From an uncultured delta proteobacterium (GTDB lineage Bacteria > Desulfobacterota > RBG-13-43-22): a stretch of DNA of 64,000 nucleotides. The stretch lies in NCBI GenBank assembly GCA_963802945.1, contig CAWDKY010000014.1:64001-128000 (forward strand), in the 5' to 3' direction. Position numbers and translations under genes: made by a program. Each line of letters begins with the position of its first letter. The first letter of the stretch is position 1. Below, piece after piece: positions 54,426 through 63,330 of this stretch. The notes beneath the pieces were generated by a model, which was not told where the DNA came from, searched no databases, and saw nothing but the letters and a program-made list of their open reading frames with translations.

Positions 54426-55190
54426 TCAGGCCGAGGCGCCTCCATCGATCACCAGTACGGAACCGGTAATATAACTCGAAGCATCAGAGGCCAGAAAGAT
54501 GGCTCCTGCGGCGACGTCATTGGGTGTACCAATACGACGCAGGGGGTAGCGATTGATGAGGGCCGCCCTTTTTTCCTCCGTGTCGATGAGAGCTTTGGAG
54601 AAACTGGTCTCCACCAACCCTGGAGCGATGGCATTGACCCGGATATTATCAGGCCCCAGCTCTTTGGCAAACCCTTTGGTCAAGTTGATGATACCGGCCT
54701 TGGTCAAACCATAAGTCACTTCGCCCGGCAACGGTCTGATCCCGGCAATAGAGGAGATGTTGATGATCGAGCCGCCGCCCCGCTTCTTCATCAGCTTGGC
54801 GGCCAATTGTATCATCAGATAGAAGCCCTTGAGGTTGACTTCGAAGGTCTTGTCTATCGTGCTCTCGGGGGCGTCGACGGCCGGGCCGTAATAGGGATTG
54901 GTCGCGACGTTGTTGACCAGTATATCGAGCCCTCCGAGTTCCTGCTCCACTCTGGTGAACAGGAGCTTCATGTCAGCAAGTTTTCCACCGTGGCAGACGA
55001 TAGGAACGGCCTTTCCGCCGCTTTGGCGAATAGAGGCGGCGACTTTTTCCAGGTTCTCCGGCTTGCGTGCCGTGATTACGACGGTTGCGCCCTGTTCGGC
55101 AAACCCTCTGGCGATGGCCTCTCCATTGCCGCGACTGGCTCCGCTTATGATGGCAATACGGTTGGTAAGGTCAAAGTTGGCAGTCGGCAT
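54426..55190 (-). CDS. SDR family oxidoreductase
   Basis: SGASRGNG, DILVNN, YGLTK (YxxxK), RVNAIAPG, VIDGG. Confidence 0.92.
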   Translation of the reverse strand: MPTANFDLTNRIAIISGASRGNGEAIARGFAEQGATVVITARKPENLEKVAASIRQSGGKAVPIVCHGGKLADMKLLFTRVEQELGGLDILVNNVATNPYYGPAVDAPESTIDKTFEVNLKGFYLMIQLAAKLMKKRGGGSIINISSIAGIRPLPGEVTYGLTKAGIINLTKGFAKELGPDNIRVNAIAPGLVETSFSKALIDTEEKRAALINRYPLRRIGTPNDVAAGAIFLASDASSYITGSVLVIDGGASA

Positions 55191-55241
55191 GGCATTTATC
55201 CTTTCATTGATGAATAATAGAACTAACTATTTCAAGGTTAA

Positions 55242-55270
55242 AATATACGAAGAATGATCTTGGATGTCAA
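55242..55270 (-). promoter_or_regulatory. sigma70 promoter of SDR gene
   Basis: Minus strand TTGACA-17nt-TATATT. Confidence 0.7.
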
Positions 55271-55323
55271 AGGAATTTATAAAATATGGGGGCTGGTAGT
55301 ATGGCTAACTTTCTTTATTTTGC

Positions 55324-55352
55324 TTGACAGAAAAATCCTGTTTCAATATATT
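55324..55352 (+). promoter_or_regulatory. sigma70 promoter of enoyl-CoA hydratase gene
   Basis: TTGACA-17nt-TATATT. Confidence 0.7.
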
Positions 55353-55462
55353 CAGTGCCGTAAAGAAGAGAGCCTTTAGTCCATTTCGTTGCAAGGGGCG
55401 CTCCTTTTTTTCAAGAAACCCCCTTCTCAAAAGACAATAATTTTTCGACAGGAGGAGATCAT

Positions 55463-56230
55463 ATGAGTTATGAAAGTATTATTGTAGAAACTAAAGATTT
55501 CATTACCACCATTACCCTCAACCGTCCACCCATGAACGCCGTCAATCATGTTTTGCGTATAGAATTTCAAAAGGCCGTTCAGGAAATCGAAAACAGCAAG
55601 GAAACCCGGGTGGTCATCATTACGGGCGCCGGAGATAGGGGGTTCAGCGCCGGCATGGATTTGTCGGACATGGCCAACTACGGCTTAGGGCCTGACGGCA
55701 ATGAAATCATGAATGCCATTTCCCGTTCGGCGAAGCCCTATATAGCGGCGATCAACGGCCACGCTCTGGGCGGCGGCTGCGAAACCGCTCTGGCCTGTCA
55801 TTTCCGTTTCATGACGGACAGTCCCAAGGCCACGATCGGTCTTACGGAAGTCAATCTCGGCATTACCCCAGGCTGGGGCGGCATCCAGCGTTTGCCGCAC
55901 GTAGTCGGGAAACCCAAAGCCCTGGATATGATTTTGTTCAGTAAGAGACTTACCGGGCCGGAAGCCCTGGCGATCGGGTTAGTCGATCGAGTTGTTCCCG
56001 CCGCCGATCTTATGAAGGAGGCCACAGCGTTTGCCCAGACCCTGGCCAAGCGCGCGCCCCTGTCGGTATCTGCGGTACTGGTAGGCATGAGCGTCGGCCT
56101 GGACAAAGGCATTGATGAAGGGTTGAAAGTGGATCGTGAATGGTCATCTAAACTGGGTGCGAGCAAAGACGCCCAGGAAGGCATGGGGGCGTTTTTTCAA
56201 AAACGCGAACCCGTATTTACCGGGGAATAG
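55463..56230 (+). CDS. enoyl-CoA hydratase/crotonase family protein
   Basis: FSAGMDL, GHALGGGCE, GLTEVNLGITPGWGG (both catalytic Glu present). Confidence 0.92.
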   Translation: MSYESIIVETKDFITTITLNRPPMNAVNHVLRIEFQKAVQEIENSKETRVVIITGAGDRGFSAGMDLSDMANYGLGPDGNEIMNAISRSAKPYIAAINGHALGGGCETALACHFRFMTDSPKATIGLTEVNLGITPGWGGIQRLPHVVGKPKALDMILFSKRLTGPEALAIGLVDRVVPAADLMKEATAFAQTLAKRAPLSVSAVLVGMSVGLDKGIDEGLKVDREWSSKLGASKDAQEGMGAFFQKREPVFTGE

Positions 56231-56250
56231 TCACTGAACATCGCTTTAAT

Positions 56251-56312
56251 AAAAGGCGCAGGCTATCGACTTTAACCTGGCAGTGAGGTCATCAGCCTGC
56301 GCCATTTTTTTT
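56251..56312. terminator. bidirectional intrinsic terminator between convergent genes
   Basis: aaaa-ggcgcaggct...agcctgcgcc-a-tttttttt. Confidence 0.8.
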
Positions 56313-56370
56313 CAAAAATCCTTGGATACCCCGCATGGAAGTATCGGGGTTGAAAAACTAACGGTCCATT

Positions 56371-56652
56371 CTATTTTTTGGCCAGTTGTCTGGCCCAAAT
56401 GGTCAGCCAGATGACGACAAATAACATCAGGGCGATGACGAACTTGGAGGCCACCATGGCCCGCAGCCAGATCGTACGGATTTCCGGCCAGGAAACGCCT
56501 GGACCCCATAAGCAAACTATTCCTGTCGGCTGCTTGTTCATCATCAGTAAATAAACAATCCATTGATACAGCAGGATACAAAAGGCGATTAACAAAGTCC
56601 ACCATCCAGCCGTTGCCGCTCCCCGCACTTTTTTTATAAATAGTTCATCCAT
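56371..56652 (-). CDS. small two-TM membrane protein of unknown function
   Basis: 93 aa, two hydrophobic Trp-rich segments, AAGGAG RBS. Confidence 0.7.
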   Translation of the reverse strand: MDELFIKKVRGAATAGWWTLLIAFCILLYQWIVYLLMMNKQPTGIVCLWGPGVSWPEIRTIWLRAMVASKFVIALMLFVVIWLTIWARQLAKK

Positions 56653-56670
56653 ACCGATCTCCTTTTTTTT

Positions 56671-56810
56671 AAGGTTTCAAAGATGATTAGTCTGTTTTCA
56701 TAACCGTTGTTGATGTTCCTAATCTTCGAACGCAGATATAGTTAAAAGCAAAGTTTTCATCAGAAGTGATGGGTTATCGGCTAAGCACGTTCTGCACGAA
56801 CGCCCCGTCT
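56671..56810. repeat. intergenic repeat family copy B (internal deletion, right end intact)
   Basis: aaggtttcaaagatgattagtctg...gatgttcctaatcttcgaacgcagatatagttaaaa...ttttcatcagaagtgatgggttatcggctaagcacgttctgcacgaacgccccgtct. Confidence 0.85.
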
Positions 56811-57815
56811 TTATTTACTCGGGGAGGGCTTTAAATATTTATCAAACCATTCAACAGCCATCCCGATGGTCTCTGCCCGGCCTTGGTCGTAAATCTGAAA
56901 ATGTGTTCCTGCAAAAACCTCATATTTTGCAGGTACATTACCTTTGACCATATCGTACACCCTTTCCCCATTTTCCCTATTAACAATCAATTCGTCTTTT
57001 TCGGCGACGATGATCAGAATAGGGATCTTTAACCGGCCGGCAAATTCTACAGGACGATATTTTGCAATTCTGGACAAGTGGGGAGTACCGCTGAGGGAAA
57101 ACAGCTTGAAGCCTTGAGGTACCGGATCGATCTCCCCGCGGGCCTGCTGAGTGGCCAGCTTGCGAGGCTGGTAGATCTGATTCACCCAATTGCCGTCCAT
57201 GGAAGGGACATGACTGACGATGCATTGGACACGATCGTCATGTGCGGCCACATAGAGGACATGGCCCCCGCCAAAACTGGTTCCCCAGAGACCGATGCGC
57301 TTGGTGTCCACACCAGGCTCACCGGAAAGAAAGTCGAGGCAATGGATGATGTCTTCGGTCTGGTCAAAGGGGTCCACCAGTTCCCGAATGGCCCGGGCGC
57401 GGACGGTAACATCTCCATTCGCATCAGGAACAGGCATCTTTCCCTTGATGACCAGACGACTGTCACTGTCTCCCCAACCGCGATAGTCAAAAGTCAAAAC
57501 CACGTATCCAGCTTTAGCGAATAGCGGGGCATACCCGGCGTTCAGATGGGACCGCACGCCACCCCATCCATGGCAAAGTATAATGGCCGGGCACTTGTCT
57601 TCGGCTTTCAAACCTTTGGGCCGCCAGAGATCACCGGAAATTCTGGTGCCGTCGCTCCAGATATCCACATGGCGGGATTCTATCCCTACGCTTACGGCCT
57701 CCTCTGACTGCACCTCCCGCGTCCCAAAAAGGATAAGGACCATCAGGGTCATAAGACCGATAACAAAAAAGGTAATGGGAGGTTTTCTCATTTTAAGAGC
57801 GCTCTTTTTTTCCAC
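56811..57815 (-). CDS. exported alpha/beta hydrolase (S15/CocE-like)
   Basis: N-terminal hydrophobic signal, CHGWGG, FDYRGWGDS, GTSFGG nucleophile elbow. Confidence 0.88.
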   Translation of the reverse strand: MEKKSALKMRKPPITFFVIGLMTLMVLILFGTREVQSEEAVSVGIESRHVDIWSDGTRISGDLWRPKGLKAEDKCPAIILCHGWGGVRSHLNAGYAPLFAKAGYVVLTFDYRGWGDSDSRLVIKGKMPVPDANGDVTVRARAIRELVDPFDQTEDIIHCLDFLSGEPGVDTKRIGLWGTSFGGGHVLYVAAHDDRVQCIVSHVPSMDGNWVNQIYQPRKLATQQARGEIDPVPQGFKLFSLSGTPHLSRIAKYRPVEFAGRLKIPILIIVAEKDELIVNRENGERVYDMVKGNVPAKYEVFAGTHFQIYDQGRAETIGMAVEWFDKYLKPSPSK

Positions 57816-57842
57816 CTGGGCACAAGACGACAGCTAATCGTT

Positions 57843-58955
57843 CTAACAAGGCGGCCCATATTGACTCATAATAGCCGTATAGGGAACCACCGTTGGCCTG
57901 GCAAAATTTTGCCTGACATCGTTCAGTTTTTCCCCTCTAATCTCAATATCATTCAGGTTTCCCGGGGTCATTCCAGCCTTCCAGGCCCAGACGAAGGTCG
58001 AGATTTCACTCGGTTGAAAACCCATGATGGAGGCAGCGACCATATCTGTTGCCAGCGGGTTCGTACCGGCAATGATGACATCCATCTTTATCAATTTTCC
58101 GCCTCCCATTGCGGATGGACCCTGTCCTTGCATGGCCATAGACCCATCTATGACCACCAGTCCTAGCTTGTTCGCCCGTACCATATCTACGATAGCAGAG
58201 GCCGTTCCAGAACTCTCCACCTTTGTGGCCTCGGAGTGAACTGCCGAACGGACGGTTCCATAGACTTGCCCGGGATAGACCCCTATGAGGTTTTTCATTC
58301 CCAAGGTGACGGTCGCCAGGCCATGTGTTTTCATCATGGGAACGGAACAGAGGAGGTCGGTGTCGGCCAGTGAACGATGAATACTGATCTCCTTGAAAAC
58401 GAAGTTGTTGGGCAAACTCTTTTTCGACATTTCACCAACATGGAGGTTCACGAGTGGTATCTTGAGCGACTTGGCCAGATCGGAATAACCAAGACTGTCG
58501 AAAACGCTTTTTTGGATCTGGTTGAGCATTTCTTTATCGGTCGTTCTGCAAACACTGCCAAAGATGCCCGGACGTATATTACCAGCCCCCGCGGCTGAGC
58601 CTTCGCCGATGGATACATCTTTTCCGGATTCGATCATGAGTTGCGCCAGCGCCTTGATAACGCTCGGTTTTGTTACATCGGTCGGCGCGGGGCTTACAAG
58701 GTTGGGCTTCAACATGATCCGCTCCTTACCAGACGTTATTGACCGCATGCCGCCAAGCAGGTCTATGGCCTTCCTTAGGGCATAATCGATATTGTCTTTA
58801 TCGATCTTCACAACAGAAACGACGTCTTTGTTTTCTAAAGCCAGCGATTCTTTAAGACCTGGAAAGGCAAAAGAAGTCACGATATTTCCCAACCCTAAAA
58901 CAGCTCCTCCTGCTGCCACTTTTTTAATAAAATCTCTTCTGTTGATTTCTTTCAT
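57843..58955 (-). CDS. Tat-exported DUF362 family protein
   Basis: INRRDFIK twin-arginine signal; LKPNLV, VPMMKTH, VTLGMKNLIG, NPLATD. Confidence 0.85.
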   Translation of the reverse strand: MKEINRRDFIKKVAAGGAVLGLGNIVTSFAFPGLKESLALENKDVVSVVKIDKDNIDYALRKAIDLLGGMRSITSGKERIMLKPNLVSPAPTDVTKPSVIKALAQLMIESGKDVSIGEGSAAGAGNIRPGIFGSVCRTTDKEMLNQIQKSVFDSLGYSDLAKSLKIPLVNLHVGEMSKKSLPNNFVFKEISIHRSLADTDLLCSVPMMKTHGLATVTLGMKNLIGVYPGQVYGTVRSAVHSEATKVESSGTASAIVDMVRANKLGLVVIDGSMAMQGQGPSAMGGGKLIKMDVIIAGTNPLATDMVAASIMGFQPSEISTFVWAWKAGMTPGNLNDIEIRGEKLNDVRQNFARPTVVPYTAIMSQYGPPC

Positions 58956-59156
58956 CGTGACCTCCTATTTTGTTTCTTTCCCTTAGAAAATACATACAGC
59001 GTCTGATGCTCAATAGAAAACAAAAGCCACAACAACCGATTATGTTTTTGCAGACCAACGGTTCCCCAAAATGTACATTATTAATGTTGTTAAGCAGACA
59101 ACCGTTCCCTATTGCCTATTCATCTCCAACAATTCCGAAGATAAATTAGAAATAAA

Positions 59157-59239
59157 AATTAGGGACAGCGCTTCCGTTTTTAGAAAGGTTTCAAAGGTGA
59201 TCAGGCTCCCGTCATAACTGTAGGTGATAGCTTCTGTCC
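59157..59239. repeat. intergenic repeat family copy C (left end intact)
   Basis: aattagggacagcgcttccgtttttagaaaggtttcaaaggtgatcaggctcccgtcataactgtaggtgatagcttctgtc. Confidence 0.88.
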
Positions 59240-59274
59240 GGCTCCACGTCCTGCCTCAGACGAGAAGGGGGATG

Positions 59275-60576
59275 CTATGTGCAAAGTTTTCTTACGATAT
59301 CAATATAAATGGCAGTCCCCTTTATCATATTATCAATAGATATCTTTTCATCCTTTCCATGAATCATATTTAAATGCTCTCCAGGAATAACAATAGGACT
59401 AAACCCATAAGCAGTTATTCCCTTTTCCCTAAAATAACGAGAATCAGATGTCCCAGATAAAAGGTAAAAAAGCATTAGAGAATTTTTAAAATGTTCATTA
59501 AGCACATCCTGAATAATAATAAAATCTTTATTATGGGTATCAGACACATTTCCTTCTGAGGCTAATATTTTTTCTATTTTTATATCCTTATCAGCAAGTT
59601 TTTCCCTTACAAAGTCAACGAACTCATTAATATCCTGACCCGGCAACAATCGGATATCCAGCTGTGCTTTAGCATAATCTGGAATTACATTTATCTTATC
59701 ACCTGCCTTTAACATATTAAGGCTAATGGTGTTTCTTACCATCGCATTTATTTGTGGCACTCCGAGCATACCATTTTTCTTTATTACCCGGGCTAATGTT
59801 TTATATTTGCCATCTTTTTTAAAGGGACTGAGGAAAGTCCATTCGGATGAAAGCTTTTTAAAATAGTCTCCCACGATTGGAGTAATAATTATTGGCAGCT
59901 CTGCTGAAAGAAGCCTGTTTAATGCTTTAGTCATTTTCACTAAGGCATTCTGAAAATGGGGTGTAGAACCATGCCCGGAAGGTCCGTTACAAGTTAACTT
60001 AAGCCAGCATGGTCCCTTTTCAGCAGTGGCAAAAAGCATTATAATTTTATCTGGAATAATATCTGAAATTCCATAGGCACCTTCATTTAAAACAAGGGCT
60101 GCTTTAAAATCATCAGGGTAATTTTCCAATAGGTACCTCATCCCCAACGAGCCCCCCGTTTCTTCGTCGGCCACCGCAAGAAATACCAGGTCGCGATTAA
60201 GCGAGACGTCCTCTCTTCTCATAGCCAAAATGGCCATAAGCTGCATTACACCAATACTTTTCATATCCAGGGCCCCACGCCCACAGATATACCCGTCTAT
60301 GATATTCCCCCCGAATGGATCGAATGTAAACTCCTTGGAGTTTGCAAAAACCACATCCATATGGTTTAGGAGTATAAGGGGCCCTTTTTTACCGGGACCG
60401 GTTAATTTAGCTTTTATGGAAACTCTTCCAGGTTTGGATTCATAAGTCTGGTAGGTTATTTTTTCTTTGTCGAATATTTCAGCAAAGAACTCCACCGCTT
60501 TCGCCTCATTTCCAGGCGGATTTGTTGTATTGATCTGTAGGTATTTTGAAAGAATTTCTACCGGTTCAGGTATCAT
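59275..60576 (-). CDS. M20 family metallopeptidase/aminoacylase
   Basis: LLNHMDVV, GRGALDMK, DEETGG, NEG, HGKDEKI; ATG 60576 after GGGAG. Confidence 0.9.
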   Translation of the reverse strand: MIPEPVEILSKYLQINTTNPPGNEAKAVEFFAEIFDKEKITYQTYESKPGRVSIKAKLTGPGKKGPLILLNHMDVVFANSKEFTFDPFGGNIIDGYICGRGALDMKSIGVMQLMAILAMRREDVSLNRDLVFLAVADEETGGSLGMRYLLENYPDDFKAALVLNEGAYGISDIIPDKIIMLFATAEKGPCWLKLTCNGPSGHGSTPHFQNALVKMTKALNRLLSAELPIIITPIVGDYFKKLSSEWTFLSPFKKDGKYKTLARVIKKNGMLGVPQINAMVRNTISLNMLKAGDKINVIPDYAKAQLDIRLLPGQDINEFVDFVREKLADKDIKIEKILASEGNVSDTHNKDFIIIQDVLNEHFKNSLMLFYLLSGTSDSRYFREKGITAYGFSPIVIPGEHLNMIHGKDEKISIDNMIKGTAIYIDIVRKLCT

Positions 60577-60596
60577 AATACAAACTCCCAAAGCTA

Positions 60597-60650
60597 AGGA
60601 CAGTGCCCGTTTTTAATAAGGTTTCAGAGGTGATCAGACTGCCGTCATAA
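60597..60650. repeat. intergenic repeat family copy D (left end intact)
   Basis: aggacagtgcccgtttttaataaggtttcagaggtgatcagactgccgtcataa. Confidence 0.88.
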
Positions 60651-60666
60651 AAGCTGACCGGATCAT

Positions 60667-62103
60667 CTAATCTTCAATCCCCGCCAATTTTTTAGCCAGC
60701 TTCTTCTTGCTTTCCGTATCACTTTCCCGGAAAAGGGTCACCCTGTGGGCCTCGGGAGAACCACCGCCATGGATATCCGATATAGTATCCGCGCTTTCCA
60801 GGGCCATTTTTTCAACGAGCCTAAACATCTTGACGCGGTTTTCCACGGGGACTCCCTCCGCACCCTTCATGTATTTCTTTAAAAGACCGCCGATCTCCGA
60901 ATTATCAAAGTCCCTGTCGGACGGCAGGTCAGCCACATAACCACCACAGATATCCACCATAAGGCGCATGGCCTCGCTTAATTCCTTCCCTTCATGGATC
61001 TTCGATGCATTGGCCAGGACTGTATCGATAAAATAGGTACCCGAAGGCTCTTTTTTACCTTCATAGGATGAAGCCAAACAACATCCATAGAGGGTTTCAG
61101 CCCTGTGGATCATGTCAATAACCTTCTGCTTAAGATGACCGGCCTTTTGGGTGCCGTTGTAGTCCATCATGGTCAGGGAAGCGCCGATCATGCAGTCGAT
61201 CTTGCCGGCCTTACAGCCGCCGTGACTCTGTCTGTGGAATGAGGAAAAACGGACTACCATTTCCGAGGCGAATTCCGTCTCCCCGCACATAAAGACCCTT
61301 TTCCAGGGGACAAAGACGTCATTGAAAATAATGGTCGGGCAATATTTGGAGTACCTAAAATTGCCAAGGTCGCAGCCGTCCAGTTCGCGGGTGTCCAGGC
61401 TGGATCGTCCTACGACATGGATCAATCCCTTGGTATCGGCCGGCACGGCAAAGGATACCGCGTAATCCTTATCTTCTTTGCTCAAGGCCCTGGTGGGTAA
61501 GACGATAATCTCATGACAGGACAGGGATCCTGTCTGATGCGCCTTGGCGCCGCGCACCACGATCCCGTCATCCCTTTTCTCAACGACGTGCAGGTACATG
61601 TCCTTGTCTTTCTGTTCCGTAGGGCCGAGCGACCTGTCGCCCTTGACGTCGGTGACGGCGGCATTGCCGGTCAGGTCATTTTTCTGCATATGTTTAAGAA
61701 ACTGGATAAAGTTTTCATAATATTTCGTGCCGTATTTCTTATCGATATCAAAGGTCACTATGGATAAAGCGGATAGACAATCCAGGCCGGTGCATCTTTG
61801 GTGGCATGTACCGACCAGGTTGGCCACCTTCCTATTGAGCTTTACCCGCGCGACCAGGTCTTCAATGGAAGAAGGCGGCAAGGTGAAACGGTTGACCGGT
61901 TCGTTAATGAGGGGGCTTTGGGTAACCGCCAGCCCTCGATATTCATCCTTCTCGGCCACTTCATAGGTTACGGCCGTGGCCTCAATCCCGGCCCTGAGCC
62001 TGGGGTTATCTACAATATTCGTAATCCTCTCACCGAACATGAAGGCCGTCGGTTTCAATTTTCGCAAAGACTCTATATATTGTTCTTTGGTCATCAATCC
62101 CAT
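60667..62103 (-). CDS. 4-hydroxybutyryl-CoA dehydratase (AbfD)/HpaB family FAD-[4Fe-4S] protein, divergent active site
   Basis: CHQRC, TDVKGDRS, VRGAKAHQTG, HRQSHGGC, HGGGSP. Confidence 0.85.
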   Translation of the reverse strand: MGLMTKEQYIESLRKLKPTAFMFGERITNIVDNPRLRAGIEATAVTYEVAEKDEYRGLAVTQSPLINEPVNRFTLPPSSIEDLVARVKLNRKVANLVGTCHQRCTGLDCLSALSIVTFDIDKKYGTKYYENFIQFLKHMQKNDLTGNAAVTDVKGDRSLGPTEQKDKDMYLHVVEKRDDGIVVRGAKAHQTGSLSCHEIIVLPTRALSKEDKDYAVSFAVPADTKGLIHVVGRSSLDTRELDGCDLGNFRYSKYCPTIIFNDVFVPWKRVFMCGETEFASEMVVRFSSFHRQSHGGCKAGKIDCMIGASLTMMDYNGTQKAGHLKQKVIDMIHRAETLYGCCLASSYEGKKEPSGTYFIDTVLANASKIHEGKELSEAMRLMVDICGGYVADLPSDRDFDNSEIGGLLKKYMKGAEGVPVENRVKMFRLVEKMALESADTISDIHGGGSPEAHRVTLFRESDTESKKKLAKKLAGIED

Positions 62104-62163
62104 TTATGTTCCTCCTCGTGTTTTTTGAATAAATGCTTATTTCCCGATTATAACTTTAAACTT

Positions 62164-62338
62164 GGCATAGCGCCCATTTTTAGTAAGATTTCAGAGGTGA
62201 TCAGACTGCCGTCATAATGCTGGTGATAGTTTCTGTCTTCCTGGAGATGTTCCTGATCTTCAAACCGCATAGATAGTTAAAAACAACATTTTCATCAGAA
62301 GTGATGGGTTGTTGGCTAAGAATGTTTTGCAAGGGCGT
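62164..62338. repeat. intergenic repeat family copy E (near full length)
   Basis: ggcatagcgcccatttttagtaagatttcagaggtgatcagactgccgtcataa...ttttcatcagaagtgatgggttgttggctaagaatgttttgcaagggcg. Confidence 0.88.
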
Positions 62339-62690
62339 TAAGCTTTACGTACCATAGTTGGTGGTCATTAAAATATGGGAAGTGTCCCTCATTTTCACAT
62401 TTTTTATTGAATTCATTAAGATTTGAATCTCTTGGTTTGGTCCCCCCGTTCAATAAAAATTGCCTCACCGCACGGAATTCAACCTGTGCACCTACAACTC
62501 TTCAAAAAAGTTGGAACTAAAAATTAATGATTATGGATGGAAATATGGGAGAAATGGTTGGACCCCTCTGATCCTGAACTTAAAGTGCCATCGCTCCTTT
62601 TTTGGCCGTAGCCGCCTTCTTTCTTTGGGCTAACTCAGAGCTTATCCCCATGTTCAGGCTGCCCAACTAAGGAATCCACCCCCCCTTCAT

Positions 62691-63170
62691 TTAAATGAGT
62701 TTTTCTAGGTCGATATCTCTTTTAATATAGGATTCAAAATTTTTCAGCTCAGGAGTGTATCTTTGATTCATTAATGGAGAGGACATGATAAAATCCGCGG
62801 TTGCCCGGTTGCAGGCTATCGGCACATTGTAAAGGACGGCAATCCGCAATAACGCCTTCACGTCGACATCATGAGGATGAGGCTGCATCGGATCCCATAG
62901 AAATATGACCAGATCAATTTGGCCTTCCGTAATCAGTGCGCCCAACTGCTGGTCCCCGCCCAGCGGACCTGATTTCAATTTCTTTATGTGATAATCAACC
63001 GGTTCCCCCTCCAGCTTTGATTTAAGAGCTTCCTCAATCATTTTTCCTGTTGTCCCGGTACTAATCAGCTTGTGTTTTATTAAAGACCGGTAATTATATT
63101 CAAACCATTCGAGCAAATCCCTTTTACGGTTATCATGTGCGACGAGCGCGATATTTTTTATTTCTTCCAT
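62691..63170 (-). CDS. mgsA: methylglyoxal synthase
   Basis: IALVAHD, STGTTG, SGPLGGDQQ, WDP...PHDVDVKALLR. Confidence 0.96.
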   Translation of the reverse strand: MEEIKNIALVAHDNRKRDLLEWFEYNYRSLIKHKLISTGTTGKMIEEALKSKLEGEPVDYHIKKLKSGPLGGDQQLGALITEGQIDLVIFLWDPMQPHPHDVDVKALLRIAVLYNVPIACNRATADFIMSSPLMNQRYTPELKNFESYIKRDIDLEKLI

Positions 63171-63330
63171 CTGCCCTCCTCAATAATATTCTTGTCTCAA
63201 AAAAAGATACAACAAAAAGAGAATAGTGGTCAAGGAAAAATCATTTTTGTGTGCAGGGGAAATTTGAAATACCAGAGGCAGCGGTCACCTTTTATACAGC
63301 CGGCCGCCATTCAGTCCGCAGTTCCCGGCT

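Noticed and set aside
49168-62338. CRISPR array or classical integron explanation for the repeats
   Set aside because: Spacing is gene-sized and irregular, copies are long and truncated, there are no cas or intI genes, and no full attC inverted structure is seen. Isolated GTT-type cores (e.g. near 54335, 59055) are too short to be evidence.
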